Assembly (NCBI GenBank): GCA_963977015.1
Contig: CAXBMO010000001.1
Location: 288,001 to 352,000 of the forward strand
Origin: an uncultured bacterium
GTDB lineage: Bacteria; Verrucomicrobiota; Verrucomicrobiia; Verrucomicrobiales; DEV007
Reading direction: 5' to 3'
DNA length: 64,000 nucleotides
Shown piece after piece: positions 42,458 to 51,970 of the stretch (position 1 is its first letter; each line of letters starts with the position of its first letter). The notes below the pieces were generated by a model. The model had not been told where the DNA came from, searched no databases, and saw nothing but the letters and a program-made list of their open reading frames with translations. Both the position numbers and the translations under genes were made by a program.

Positions 42458-43006
42458 TCACTTCAATTTGCGCAGAACAATGGGCGAGCGGGTTGCAACT
42501 CCATCCGGGTTTTGGGTCAGGAACCTCAGAAGCGCGGCATTGTCAGACTTGAGTTCAATGACGGTCGAGTATTTCGATTTCTCGATCACTCCTTCCAATT
42601 CGCCATCGTTCACCGCCTTGCCGAATCGATCCACGTCAGCGGGCCACGCAATCAAATTGCCAGAGTCGTCGGTTTTGAACTCCGCCAGATAATATTTCTC
42701 CATCATCTCCCCATCTTCTTCAAAGCGGACCGATAAGTAGGTTCGATCGTCAAATTCGACGGCGGCGAGTTCGCCCCGCTCCAATTTGAACTTCTCTTCC
42801 TCGCGCTCGATGAAAGCGATTTCACCCTGACCTTTTTCCGTGAACGCCACATGAATCGCGCCTTCCTCGACCAGCCACACGCCCTCGAGCTCTTCGCGAA
42901 GTTCTGGTTCGGTCGTTGAAACCAGCGGTTCAGGGATGAGCACAGAGCTGCAGCTGGAAAGCAGTGCCATCAGTCCAAACGGAAGAAGTAGGAGGGAGTT
43001 TTTCAT
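42458..43006 (-). CDS. Hypothetical lipoprotein
   Basis: Lipobox 'LLSSC' followed by 'PL.......LEGVW'. Confidence 0.7.
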   Translation of the reverse strand: MKNSLLLLPFGLMALLSSCSSVLIPEPLVSTTEPELREELEGVWLVEEGAIHVAFTEKGQGEIAFIEREEEKFKLERGELAAVEFDDRTYLSVRFEEDGEMMEKYYLAEFKTDDSGNLIAWPADVDRFGKAVNDGELEGVIEKSKYSTVIELKSDNAALLRFLTQNPDGVATRSPIVLRKLK

Positions 43007-43115
43007 CACTTAGCGTCCGTCTGGAGTTTCGTCAGGCAAATTAAAATGAGGGTTTCCCTCGAAAAGTCCGTTGAGATCGTTGAGTCCGCACCCCAAGCTT
43101 TTCCAAAATCCCCTC

Positions 43116-44441
43116 ATGAAAACCCTCTTCTTCCTCTTCCTTTCCGTCGCGGCGCTCCAAGCCGAACTTCTAAAACCCAACATCGTCCTGATCTTTGTCG
43201 ATGATCTTGGGTATGGCGATCTTGGGTGTTACGGGAACGAGATGATCAAAACGCCGCATATCGATCGGCTGGCGGCGGAAGGGCAGCGCTGGACGAGTTT
43301 CTACGCCTCGGGATCGACCTGCGTGCCGAGCCGGACCGGGCTGATGAGCGGACGTCACCCGGGCATGTTGGGCTCGGAAAAACTCTCCAAGGATCCGAAA
43401 AGTCTGATGCCGGCGATGTTGAAGCGCGTCGGATACGAGACCGCGATTCTCGGGAAGTGGCATCTCGCTGGCTACCCGGAAGATTTTACGAAGAGCCCGA
43501 TGCACCCGCTCGAGTGCGGGTTCGACGCTCATTTTGGAACGCCGGGAAGCAATGACGTTCCGCCGCCTCCCGGGAAGAGGCAGACCCGCGACGTCTTTGA
43601 CACCTGCGACAAATTTTCCTTCCCGGTTCCGCTGATTCGGGGGCGTGAGGTGGTCGAGTTTCCGGTGAATCAGGAACTGCTCACCAAACGCTATACCGAA
43701 GAAGCTGTGAAATGGATTGGTGAAAAGAAGGACGAACGGTTTTTCCTCTACCTGGCCCACAACATGCCCCACGCACCGGTGTTCGCGGCACCGGAGTTTC
43801 AGGGAAAGAGCGAGGGCGGGCGCTACGGCGATGTGATCGAGGAAATCGACTGGTCGGTCGGCCAGGTCATGGATGCGTTGAAAACGGCAGGGATTGAGAA
43901 GGAAACGCTGGTGATCTTCACGAGTGACAATGGGCCCTGGTCCATGTTTGGCCCGCATGGAGGAACCGCCAAACCCTTGCGTGGTGAAAAGGGAACCTCG
44001 TGGGAAGGCGGATTTCGCGTGCCGGGAATCTTTCGGTGGCCGGGAACGATTGCTCCGGGCGAGGTGAAGGGGATGGCAGCCAATCTGGATTTGTATGCAA
44101 CGTTCGCGACCCTGGTCGGAGGCGATGAGCCGAGAGAGAAGCCCGGATACCTGTCTCAGGATCTCACCGGCACCTTGTTGAGAGGGGAGGCGAGTCCGCG
44201 GACGCAGTGGTATTACGGAAGAGCCTTTCGTTCTGGCAATTTCAAGATTCACACGGCGTCCAAGGAGCGATCCTCGGATCCGGATACGCGAAAGCGGGAA
44301 CCTGTGACGAAGCACGATCCTCCACTGCTGTTCGATCTCGAAGCGGATTTGAGCGAAACCACCAACCTCGCGGCGCAACGCCCCGAAGTCGTGGCGCGAT
44401 TGGTCAAAGAAATGAATGCGTTTCGGAGCCAGGTTCGTTAA
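43116..44441 (+). CDS. Formylglycine-dependent sulfatase (S1, arylsulfatase-like), secreted
   Basis: 'PNIVLIFVDDLGYGD', 'CVPSRTGLMSG', 'GKWHL', 'FTSDNG' and 'LFDLEADLSE'. Confidence 0.95.
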   Translation: MKTLFFLFLSVAALQAELLKPNIVLIFVDDLGYGDLGCYGNEMIKTPHIDRLAAEGQRWTSFYASGSTCVPSRTGLMSGRHPGMLGSEKLSKDPKSLMPAMLKRVGYETAILGKWHLAGYPEDFTKSPMHPLECGFDAHFGTPGSNDVPPPPGKRQTRDVFDTCDKFSFPVPLIRGREVVEFPVNQELLTKRYTEEAVKWIGEKKDERFFLYLAHNMPHAPVFAAPEFQGKSEGGRYGDVIEEIDWSVGQVMDALKTAGIEKETLVIFTSDNGPWSMFGPHGGTAKPLRGEKGTSWEGGFRVPGIFRWPGTIAPGEVKGMAANLDLYATFATLVGGDEPREKPGYLSQDLTGTLLRGEASPRTQWYYGRAFRSGNFKIHTASKERSSDPDTRKREPVTKHDPPLLFDLEADLSETTNLAAQRPEVVARLVKEMNAFRSQVR

Positions 44442-46792
44442 TGCACGAACAGAAATCGCTGGGTGTTGAGCAGCGCCCACACCAGCCCGTCATAGGCGTC
44501 ATCTCCGTATTGCGCGATCTCCGCCATCATGAGTTCCATCTCAGATTCCGTGGGCTCGCGGGTGAGCATGGCTTGAAACAGGATTCGGGCCTTTTCCTCA
44601 GAGGACTCCGCCGCATGGAGTCGGCGACCGAACACCGCGAATTGGTTCGTCAGCGCCTCAATCATCGGCCCATTCAGGAGGTTCAGCGCTTGTGGGACGG
44701 ACGCGTGATCGCTGGCGTTCTCGATCACGTCGCGATCGGACTGACCGAAGTCGCGCAAAAAGTGGCCGCGCGGTGCTGGCGCTTCCAATTCGGAGGCGCG
44801 CGCCATTTTGGAGACCATTCTCTTAAAGTTGCCCAATTCCGTGCGCTGCTCCTGTTGCCATTTGCGTTGTTCCTCTTTGCTCAGGCCTTCCGGAACGGCG
44901 GGTATGTCAATTTGGGGAAGTGACGTAAAGACGGTTGGTTCGGCTTTGCCGCCACCCATCATCGAGCTGGATTCCATCGAGGTCATTTGCACTTCGGTGA
45001 GGCCCATCATCGATCCGAGCAACTCGCCACCTTTTCGGGCGTTGTGCAGATCGACGTAGCCGATTTCCTTGAGGGCATCCTGGACGGCGCGATTGATCGC
45101 TTTGAGCTCCAGCTTGATCTCCTCGTACCGTGTTTCATCGCCACGTTTTTTCGCGTCGGCCATCTCGATACTAAGCTGAGCTGTTTCCTCGGATCGCTGC
45201 CGGTTGACGAGTGGGGCGAGCTGTTTCAGCATCGCCATGTATTCGTCGAAATCCCGCCCTTCCAGGCTCGTCCACATGAGGCGTTCCCGCTCGATTGAGC
45301 CGAGCTGGTTTTTGAGCAAGGGCTTGTATTGCTCGGAATGAGGGATGCAGAGTGCCACGAAGGAATCCCAGATTTGTTCGGCGCTCATTCGGCGCAAAAC
45401 CGGGCCAGCGAAGTGATAGGGCTGCCCGAGCAGGATTTCCTCATCATCGGCGGCCCGCTGCCAGGCGTTCGTATTGAACAAAACCTTGAGATAAGCGCGC
45501 ATGTCGTATTTCAGATCGACCATCAGCTCCTCCAGATACGCCATCAGTTCCGGGTTCGCCGATTGAGAGTAGTCGGTCAGGTCATCGACCGGTTCGATGA
45601 TCGCCGCGCCAAAAACCATTTTCCAAAGCCGGTTGGCGATGACGCGAGAGAACCGGGGATTCTCGGGAGAAGTCATCCACTCGGCATAAGCTTCGATTGG
45701 GGAGCCGTCGTAATTCGCGAGGTCAATTTCGCCCCCGAACATGGTGGAGGCCGGAACCGCATCGTGCGGCTTGGCGTCGTTGTATTGATAGTCGTGCGGC
45801 AACTGCAGCTCCTCCTCCTTTTCCACGGTGGAATAGTTCAACAGCGGTTTGTAGAGATGGACGGATGCCCAGAAGCTGCCTTCCTGCAGTTTCTTGGCTT
45901 CTTCCGCCGCGGCCCAACCTTTCTTGACCAACTCCCGGAATTCGTCATTGGACATCTGGCGCTTCTTCGTGCCCAGCCACGGATCGGTGCTGCTCTTCGA
46001 TTTACTTTCGATGTGTTGCTCCAGCCGTTCCAGGCTGGGCATGGGAAAACCGTCGCCTTTGCCGACTGCGTCCAGATAAACCTGGCGTGTTTGCGCCTTC
46101 ATCATGCGGTCCGCCGTGACCCGGTTTTGCGCATAGGTGTGAATATCGCGCGCATTGATGTTGTGGCTGAACGCCGCCATCTGGTAGTAATCCATCTGCG
46201 TCCACTTATCGAAGGGATGGTTGTGGCACTGCGCGCATTCCAGGCGGGTTCCCAGAAAGATGCGAACCGTGTTCGACATGTTATCCAGCGGCATGCCGCG
46301 ATCCCGGTGATAATAGCCGGTCGCGCCGTTCTCCCAGGTTTTGCCGCGTGCTGAAACCAGCTCATAAACGAACTGATCGTAGGGCATATTTTCGCTCAGA
46401 GACTTTTTCAGCCAGAGTTGGTAATTGTAGACGGCGTTCTTCCCGGGGCCATCTTCGGTGACCCGCAAAATATCCGCCCAGAAATTGTAAAAATGGCTCG
46501 AAAAGGCGTCGCTGTTCAGCAAGTCCTCGATGAGACGTTCCCGCTTGTTCGGATATTTGGCGCTGTGAAAGGCTTCGGCCTCTTCGATGGTCGGAATGCG
46601 ACCCGCAATGCTCAGATAGATGCGGCGGAGGAAGGTGGGATCGTCGATCGCCGCATTGGGCTCCATCCCGATCTTTTTCAGGTTGGCCTCGATCAAGGCG
46701 TCAATGCGTTGTTCCGGAGTCAAGGTTTTGGCTTGGGCCAGAACCAACGAGGTTGCGAAGAGCAGCAATGAAAGACGGAGAATTCGAGTCAT
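44438..46792 (-). CDS. DUF1549/DUF1553 (PSD1-type) secreted protein, copy 1 of a tandem pair
   Basis: 'FLRRIYLSIAGRIPT', 'FLGTRLECAQCHNHPFDKWTQ', 'ENPRF...IANRLW', 'RRMSAEQIWDS', 'SVPQALNLLNG' and 'WALLNT..F.F'. Confidence 0.9.
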   Translation of the reverse strand: MTRILRLSLLLFATSLVLAQAKTLTPEQRIDALIEANLKKIGMEPNAAIDDPTFLRRIYLSIAGRIPTIEEAEAFHSAKYPNKRERLIEDLLNSDAFSSHFYNFWADILRVTEDGPGKNAVYNYQLWLKKSLSENMPYDQFVYELVSARGKTWENGATGYYHRDRGMPLDNMSNTVRIFLGTRLECAQCHNHPFDKWTQMDYYQMAAFSHNINARDIHTYAQNRVTADRMMKAQTRQVYLDAVGKGDGFPMPSLERLEQHIESKSKSSTDPWLGTKKRQMSNDEFRELVKKGWAAAEEAKKLQEGSFWASVHLYKPLLNYSTVEKEEELQLPHDYQYNDAKPHDAVPASTMFGGEIDLANYDGSPIEAYAEWMTSPENPRFSRVIANRLWKMVFGAAIIEPVDDLTDYSQSANPELMAYLEELMVDLKYDMRAYLKVLFNTNAWQRAADDEEILLGQPYHFAGPVLRRMSAEQIWDSFVALCIPHSEQYKPLLKNQLGSIERERLMWTSLEGRDFDEYMAMLKQLAPLVNRQRSEETAQLSIEMADAKKRGDETRYEEIKLELKAINRAVQDALKEIGYVDLHNARKGGELLGSMMGLTEVQMTSMESSSMMGGGKAEPTVFTSLPQIDIPAVPEGLSKEEQRKWQQEQRTELGNFKRMVSKMARASELEAPAPRGHFLRDFGQSDRDVIENASDHASVPQALNLLNGPMIEALTNQFAVFGRRLHAAESSEEKARILFQAMLTREPTESEMELMMAEIAQYGDDAYDGLVWALLNTQRFLFVH

Positions 46793-46953
46793 ATTGGATA
46801 GCTTGCGGGTGTCACGCGTCGAAACGATTTGGCGACTTTCACCAAAATTCCAACGCAAAATAGCCTCATGGATTTTGCGGGGTATCCCCAGTGTTTAGCG
46901 AAGAACTCACTTCGGTTTTTCGGTCATAAACGAATCTTTGCGCGGTTCTCAAC

Positions 46954-49305
46954 CTACTGCACGAACAGAAATCGCTGCGTGTTTAACAAGGCCCAGACCA
47001 AGCCGTCGTAGGCTTCTTCGCCGTATGCCTCAAGCTCAGCGCGAATGAGCTCCAATTCCTCCTCATTCGGTTGGCGCGTCAGCATGGCCTGGAAAATCAG
47101 CCGCGCTCTTTCCTCAGAAGACTCTGCCGCATGGAGTCGGCGACCGAACACCGCGAATGGGTTCGTCAGCGCCTCAATCATCGGCCCATTCAGAAGGTTC
47201 AAGGCTTGCGGGACGGAGGCGTGATCGCTGGCGTTCTCGATCACGTCGCGATCGGACTGCCCGAAATCGCGCAAAAAGTGGCCGCGCGGTGCCGGCGCTT
47301 CCAATTCGGAGGCGCGCGCCATTTTGGAGACCATTCTCTTAAAGTTGCCCAACTCCGTGCGCTGCTCCTTTTGCCATTTGCGTTGTTCCTCTTTGCTCAG
47401 GTCTTCCGGAACGGCGGGTATGTCAATTTGAGGAAGTGAGGTGAACACGGTTGGTTCGGCCTTGTCGCCACCCATCATCGAGCTGGCGTCCATTGAGGTC
47501 ATTTGCACTTCGGTGAGGCCCATCATCGATCCGAGCAACTCGCCTCCTTTTCGGGCGTTGTGCAGATCGACGTAGCCAATTTCCTTGAGGGCATCCTGGA
47601 CGGCGCGGTCGATCGCTTTGAGCTCCTGCTTGATCTCTTCATACCGCTTTTCATCTCCACGTTTCTTGGCGTCGGCCATGTCGATACTGAGCTGAGCTGT
47701 TTCCTCGGATCGCTGCCGATTGACGAGTGGGGCGAGCTGTTTCAGCATCTCCACGTATTCGTCAAAATCCCGCCCTTCCAGGCTCGTCCACATGAGGCGT
47801 TCCCGCTCGATTGAGCCGAGCTGGTTTTTGAGCAAGGGCTTGTATTGCTCGGAATGAGGGATGCAGAGTGCCACGAAGGAATCCCAGATTTGTTCGGCGC
47901 TCATTCGGCGCAAAACCGGGCCAGCGAAGTGATAGGGCTGCCCGAGCAGGATTTCCTCATCATCGGCGGCCCGCTGCCAGGCGTTCGTATTGAACAAAAC
48001 CTTGAGATAAGCGCGCATGTCGTATTTCAGCTCGACCATCAGCTGTTCCAGATACGCCATCAGTTCCGGGTTCGCTGACTGAGAGTAGTCGGTCAGATCG
48101 TCAACCGGTTCGATGATCGCCGCGCCAAAAACCATCTTCCAAAGCCGGTTGGCGATGACGCGGGAAAACCGGGGGTTTTCCGATGAAGTCATCCACTCGG
48201 CGTAAGCCTCGATTGGTGAACCGTCGTAATTCGCGAGGTCAATTTCGCCCCCGAACATGGTGGCCGGCAAAACCGCATCGAGGGGCTTGGCGTCGTTGTA
48301 TTGATAGTCGTGCGGTAGCTGCAATTCCTCTTCGTTTTCCACGGTCGCATAGCGGAGCAGCGGCTTGTAGAGATGGACGGAGGCCCAGTAAGAGCCTTGA
48401 GACAAATCCTCAGCCTCTTTTGCGGCAGCCCAGCCCCGTTTCACGGTGGCGCGAAACTCGTCCACGGTCATGGTTCCCTTTTCGGAGCCAATCCAGGGAT
48501 CGCGTGGATTCTTCGAATGCTTCTCAATGTGCAGTTCGAGCCTCTCCAGGCTGGGCCGGGGAAACCCATCGCCCAATCCGACTCCATCGAGATAAGCCTG
48601 GCGGGATTTCTCTTTCAACATGCGGTTCGCCGTGATCCGGTTTTGCGCATAGGTGTAAATATCGCGTGCACTGATGTTGTGGCTGAACGCCGCCATTTGG
48701 TAGTAATCCATCTGGGTCCACTTATCGAAGGGATGGTTGTGGCACTGCGCGCATTCCAGGCGGGTTCCCAGAAAGATGCGAACCGTGTTCGACATGTTAT
48801 CCAGCGGCATACCGCGATCCCGGTGATAATAGCCCGTCGCGCCATTCTCCCAGGTTTTGCCACGCGCCGAAACCAGCTCATAAACGAACTGATCGTAGGG
48901 CATATTCTCGCTCAGAGACTTTTTCAGCCAGAGTTGGTAATTGTAGACAGCGTTCTTCCCGGGGCCATCTTCAGTGACCCGCAAAATATCCGCCCAGAAA
49001 TTGTAAAAATGGCTCGCAAAGGCGTCGCTGTTCAGCAAGTCCTCGATGAGACGCTCCCGTTTGTTCGGATATTTGGCGCTGTGAAAGGCTTCGGCTTCTT
49101 CAATGGTCGGAATGCGGCCGGCGATGCTCAAATAGGTTCGGCGCAAAAATGTCGCATCATCAATCGGGGCGTTCGGCTCCAGCTTTTGCTGCTTCAAGTT
49201 TGCCGCGATCAGGGAATCAATCCGTTGTTCGGGAGTTTGCTCGGATTGGGCGGCGATCAAGCCGGCGAAGCACAACGTGACGGTGAGTAGGGTTTTAGCG
49301 ATCAT
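46954..49305 (-). CDS. DUF1549/DUF1553 (PSD1-type) secreted protein, copy 2 of a tandem pair
   Basis: Same motifs as copy 1; different signal peptide (MIAKTLLTVT...). Confidence 0.9.
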   Translation of the reverse strand: MIAKTLLTVTLCFAGLIAAQSEQTPEQRIDSLIAANLKQQKLEPNAPIDDATFLRRTYLSIAGRIPTIEEAEAFHSAKYPNKRERLIEDLLNSDAFASHFYNFWADILRVTEDGPGKNAVYNYQLWLKKSLSENMPYDQFVYELVSARGKTWENGATGYYHRDRGMPLDNMSNTVRIFLGTRLECAQCHNHPFDKWTQMDYYQMAAFSHNISARDIYTYAQNRITANRMLKEKSRQAYLDGVGLGDGFPRPSLERLELHIEKHSKNPRDPWIGSEKGTMTVDEFRATVKRGWAAAKEAEDLSQGSYWASVHLYKPLLRYATVENEEELQLPHDYQYNDAKPLDAVLPATMFGGEIDLANYDGSPIEAYAEWMTSSENPRFSRVIANRLWKMVFGAAIIEPVDDLTDYSQSANPELMAYLEQLMVELKYDMRAYLKVLFNTNAWQRAADDEEILLGQPYHFAGPVLRRMSAEQIWDSFVALCIPHSEQYKPLLKNQLGSIERERLMWTSLEGRDFDEYVEMLKQLAPLVNRQRSEETAQLSIDMADAKKRGDEKRYEEIKQELKAIDRAVQDALKEIGYVDLHNARKGGELLGSMMGLTEVQMTSMDASSMMGGDKAEPTVFTSLPQIDIPAVPEDLSKEEQRKWQKEQRTELGNFKRMVSKMARASELEAPAPRGHFLRDFGQSDRDVIENASDHASVPQALNLLNGPMIEALTNPFAVFGRRLHAAESSEERARLIFQAMLTRQPNEEELELIRAELEAYGEEAYDGLVWALLNTQRFLFVQ

Positions 49306-49376
49306 CAGAAAATCAGATGGAACACGTGAGTGTGGGGGATCGGTTTTCAGAAAGAATTGGTTAGGATGCCTGCCGG

Positions 49377-50750
49377 TCAACTCAAGATCGGGCGGATGAT
49401 TTTTCCAAAGACATCCGTCAGCCTGAAATCGCGTCCATTGTGAGGAAAAGTCAACTCTTCATGATCAAATCCAAGGAGATGAAGAATCGTGGCATGCAGG
49501 TCGTGAACATGGACTTTTTTCTCTTCCGCGCGGTAGCCGAATTCGTCGGTTGAACCATAGGCCATGCCGGTCCGGATTCCGCCTCCGGCCAACCACATGG
49601 TGAAGCCAAACGGATTGTGGTCACGCCCATCACTGCCCTGCTGGGTTGGTAACCGTCCAAACTCTCCACCCCAGACAACGAGCGTTCGTTCGAGCAGCCC
49701 GCGTTGCTTCAAATCCGTCAATAACGCGGCGATGGGCTGATCGGTCTGGGCACACTGCCGGGTGTGGTTCTCCTTCAACTTTGAGTGCGCATCCCAAGCC
49801 GTCGGTCCGCGATTGCCGCCGCTGTATACCTGGACGAATCGAACGCCGCGCTCCACCATGCGCCGGGCCAGGAGACAGTTCCGGCCAAAATAACGGGTCG
49901 TTTCCTGATCGAGTCCATAGGCGCTTTGCGTCGCTTCGCTCTCCCTGCTGAGATCGGTCACCTCCGGGGCGTGAACCTGCATCCGATACGCCAGTTCATA
50001 CGATTCAATGCGCGCTTCCAGTGCGGTTTGCGCCGGATTTTGCACTGCGTAGTCGCGGTTCCACCGGTTCAGCAGATCGAGCCGGGCGCGTTGATCGTTC
50101 ATCGTCACCCCCTTGGCCAAACCCAGATTCGCGATCGGCGGACCGGAAGATCGAAACGGGATTCCCTGAAACTGAGCCGGCATGAAACCGTTCGACCAAT
50201 TCATCGCGCCATTCACTGGCGCGCCTTCTTTGTCGAGCAGCACCACATAGCCTGGCAAATTCCGATTCGCGCTTCCCAGGCCATACGTGATCCATGATCC
50301 CAGGGAAGGATGCCCCGGAAGGACGAAGCCCGAATTCATCTGGCTCAATGCCGGACCGTGATTGTTCGAGTCCGCATGCATCGAGCGAATCACGCAAAGA
50401 TCATCCACGTGCTTCGCCACATTCGGATACAGCTCGGAAACCGGCAGTCCCGACTCGCCATGACGGCTGAATTCCCAGGGACTCGGCATCGCCGTCGGCT
50501 TGGTCTGTCCCATGAAAAAGCCATCGCCTTTCCGGTAGGCCGGAATCGCCTTGCCCGCCCACGTCTCCAACGCCGGTTTCGGATCAAACGTATCCACTTG
50601 GCTCGGCCCGCCATACATGAAGAGAAAGATGACCGAGTCGATCTTGGACGCGAAGTGCGGCTTCCCTTCATGGGCCAACAACGAGTTCGCCGCCAAAGCG
50701 CCAAATCCGGCACCAGTGGATTTCAGGAAATGTCTGCGATGAAAGGGCAT
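49377..50750 (-). CDS. DUF1501 family protein (Tat-like RR signal)
   Basis: 'RRHFLK', 'FMYGGPSQVDTFDPKP', 'LLARRMVERGVRFV', 'WDAH', 'GEFGRLP' and 'GRDH'. Confidence 0.92.
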   Translation of the reverse strand: MPFHRRHFLKSTGAGFGALAANSLLAHEGKPHFASKIDSVIFLFMYGGPSQVDTFDPKPALETWAGKAIPAYRKGDGFFMGQTKPTAMPSPWEFSRHGESGLPVSELYPNVAKHVDDLCVIRSMHADSNNHGPALSQMNSGFVLPGHPSLGSWITYGLGSANRNLPGYVVLLDKEGAPVNGAMNWSNGFMPAQFQGIPFRSSGPPIANLGLAKGVTMNDQRARLDLLNRWNRDYAVQNPAQTALEARIESYELAYRMQVHAPEVTDLSRESEATQSAYGLDQETTRYFGRNCLLARRMVERGVRFVQVYSGGNRGPTAWDAHSKLKENHTRQCAQTDQPIAALLTDLKQRGLLERTLVVWGGEFGRLPTQQGSDGRDHNPFGFTMWLAGGGIRTGMAYGSTDEFGYRAEEKKVHVHDLHATILHLLGFDHEELTFPHNGRDFRLTDVFGKIIRPILS

Positions 50751-50871
50751 AGCGATAGGGGCGTTCAATCAGTTTCAGCAGCCGTCACACGGGTTTCAAC
50801 CGGTTTTCCATGCACAATTGTAAGAGAACAAGCTGGATGCTCATCGGACTCATGCCTAGAATCCCATCATC

Positions 50872-51015
50872 GTGGGAGACGTGAAGAGTTTCATCAGCTA
50901 TCGGCGGGACGACGCCATTGTCGTGGGCAATGTGGACCGCATCTACGAGCAACTCAGCACCCGGTTCGGTGGGGATAGCGTGGGCGTCGCCACGATTTCC
51001 CGGACCAGCACATTC
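50872..51015 (+). pseudogene. Truncated TIR-domain gene (N-terminal fragment only)
   Basis: 'KSFISYRRDD......DRIYEQLSTRFGGDSV' matches the start of bacterial TIR domains; similarity stops just before the repeat at 51016. Confidence 0.7.
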
Positions 51016-51061
51016 GGTCTCCACCGGGGCTTGTCCCCGTGGAACCCCGATCAACAACAGA
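51016..51061 (+). repeat. Left inverted repeat with REP-like hairpin CCAC(C)GGGG-CTTGT-CCCCGTGG
   Basis: GGTCTCCACCGGGGCTTGTCCCCGTGGAACCCCGATCAACAACAGA versus the reverse complement of 51971-52016: 6 mismatches. Confidence 0.88.
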
Positions 51062-51113
51062 ACCTTCCCCCCAATAAAAAGGACGCCACCTTCGGGCTTG
51101 CCCCGAAGGTGCG

Positions 51114-51938
51114 ATGACCCGACCTGAGCCTATGGCCAACCGCGAACCCATCTACACCGCGGAAAACTGTCGCTTTTCCCATCCGCTCAATTGGAGTCTG
51201 AGTGTATTTTGGCGGGAATCCTGTAATGACGACCATTGGTTACCCGATCTCGTAGAAGCCACCGAACCCGATGGCCTCCGGATCAAATCCCACCGGTTTA
51301 CGGAAACCGGGGCCAGCCAGTTTTGGGTTTCGTCCTCGCCCGAGGTCGCGCCAGTCACGATCGTTCAAAGGGTCAAAGGCAGACTCCAGCACCTGGTTCG
51401 GTCCGATCGTCCCAAGGCCCTCAAACGCAATTTCTCGCTGCATGGTTTCGGGAAGGTCAGCCGCGAGGTGGTTCAGAACTACGTCTCCGATCAACTCGGC
51501 CACCATCAAATGGCCGACCCGGGAGTCCAGAAGCGATTGCAAACCTATCAGATCTCTCATCCTGAGATCGACCTCGCTCAACCCCAACGAACCTCTCACG
51601 GATTGTTCTCGTATTCGCTGCACTTGGTGTTGGTGCACTAGGGGCGTACCAACACTATCAACGATGATGTTCTGAGGAAAGTGAGCCGGATGATCGAGCA
51701 GTCGTCCCAGGCCAAAGGATACTTGCTCGCTGAAGCGGGAATCCTTCCCGACCACGTTCATATCCTGGCTGGTTGTCCCTTCGCGCAATCGCCTCTGGAG
51801 GTGGCGCTGGGGTTTCTGAACAACCTTGCGTTCGCGCATGGGATGAAACCCGTCTTTCAGTTTGGCGGGTTTCTGGGAACGGTCGGCGAATACACGTTCA
51901 ACGCGGTTCAGGAAGGCGTCAGCGCTCAACCGGGGTGA
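51114..51938 (+). pseudogene. Tandem two-domain Y1 (HUH) transposase-like gene with one in-frame TAG at 51639-51641
   Basis: ORFs 51114-51641 and 51681-51938 share a frame and read HLVLVH*GRTNTINDDVLRKVSR across the gap; motifs 'VQRVKG', 'NYVSDQ' and 'PDHVHIL'. Confidence 0.8.
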
Positions 51939-51970
51939 ACCCGGTTGGGGCGAGAGATCTGGGGATCGGG

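Larger units (their letters stand above)
44438..49305. repeat. Tandem gene duplication, period about 2516 bp
   Basis: The two ORFs align end to end; 45249-45514 is identical to 47765-48030. Confidence 0.92.

Noticed and set aside
51639-51641. Pyrrolysine or genome-wide TAG recoding
   Set aside because: TAG is used as a normal stop elsewhere in the window (e.g. nth, the YjbQ gene), and no pyl genes are visible.
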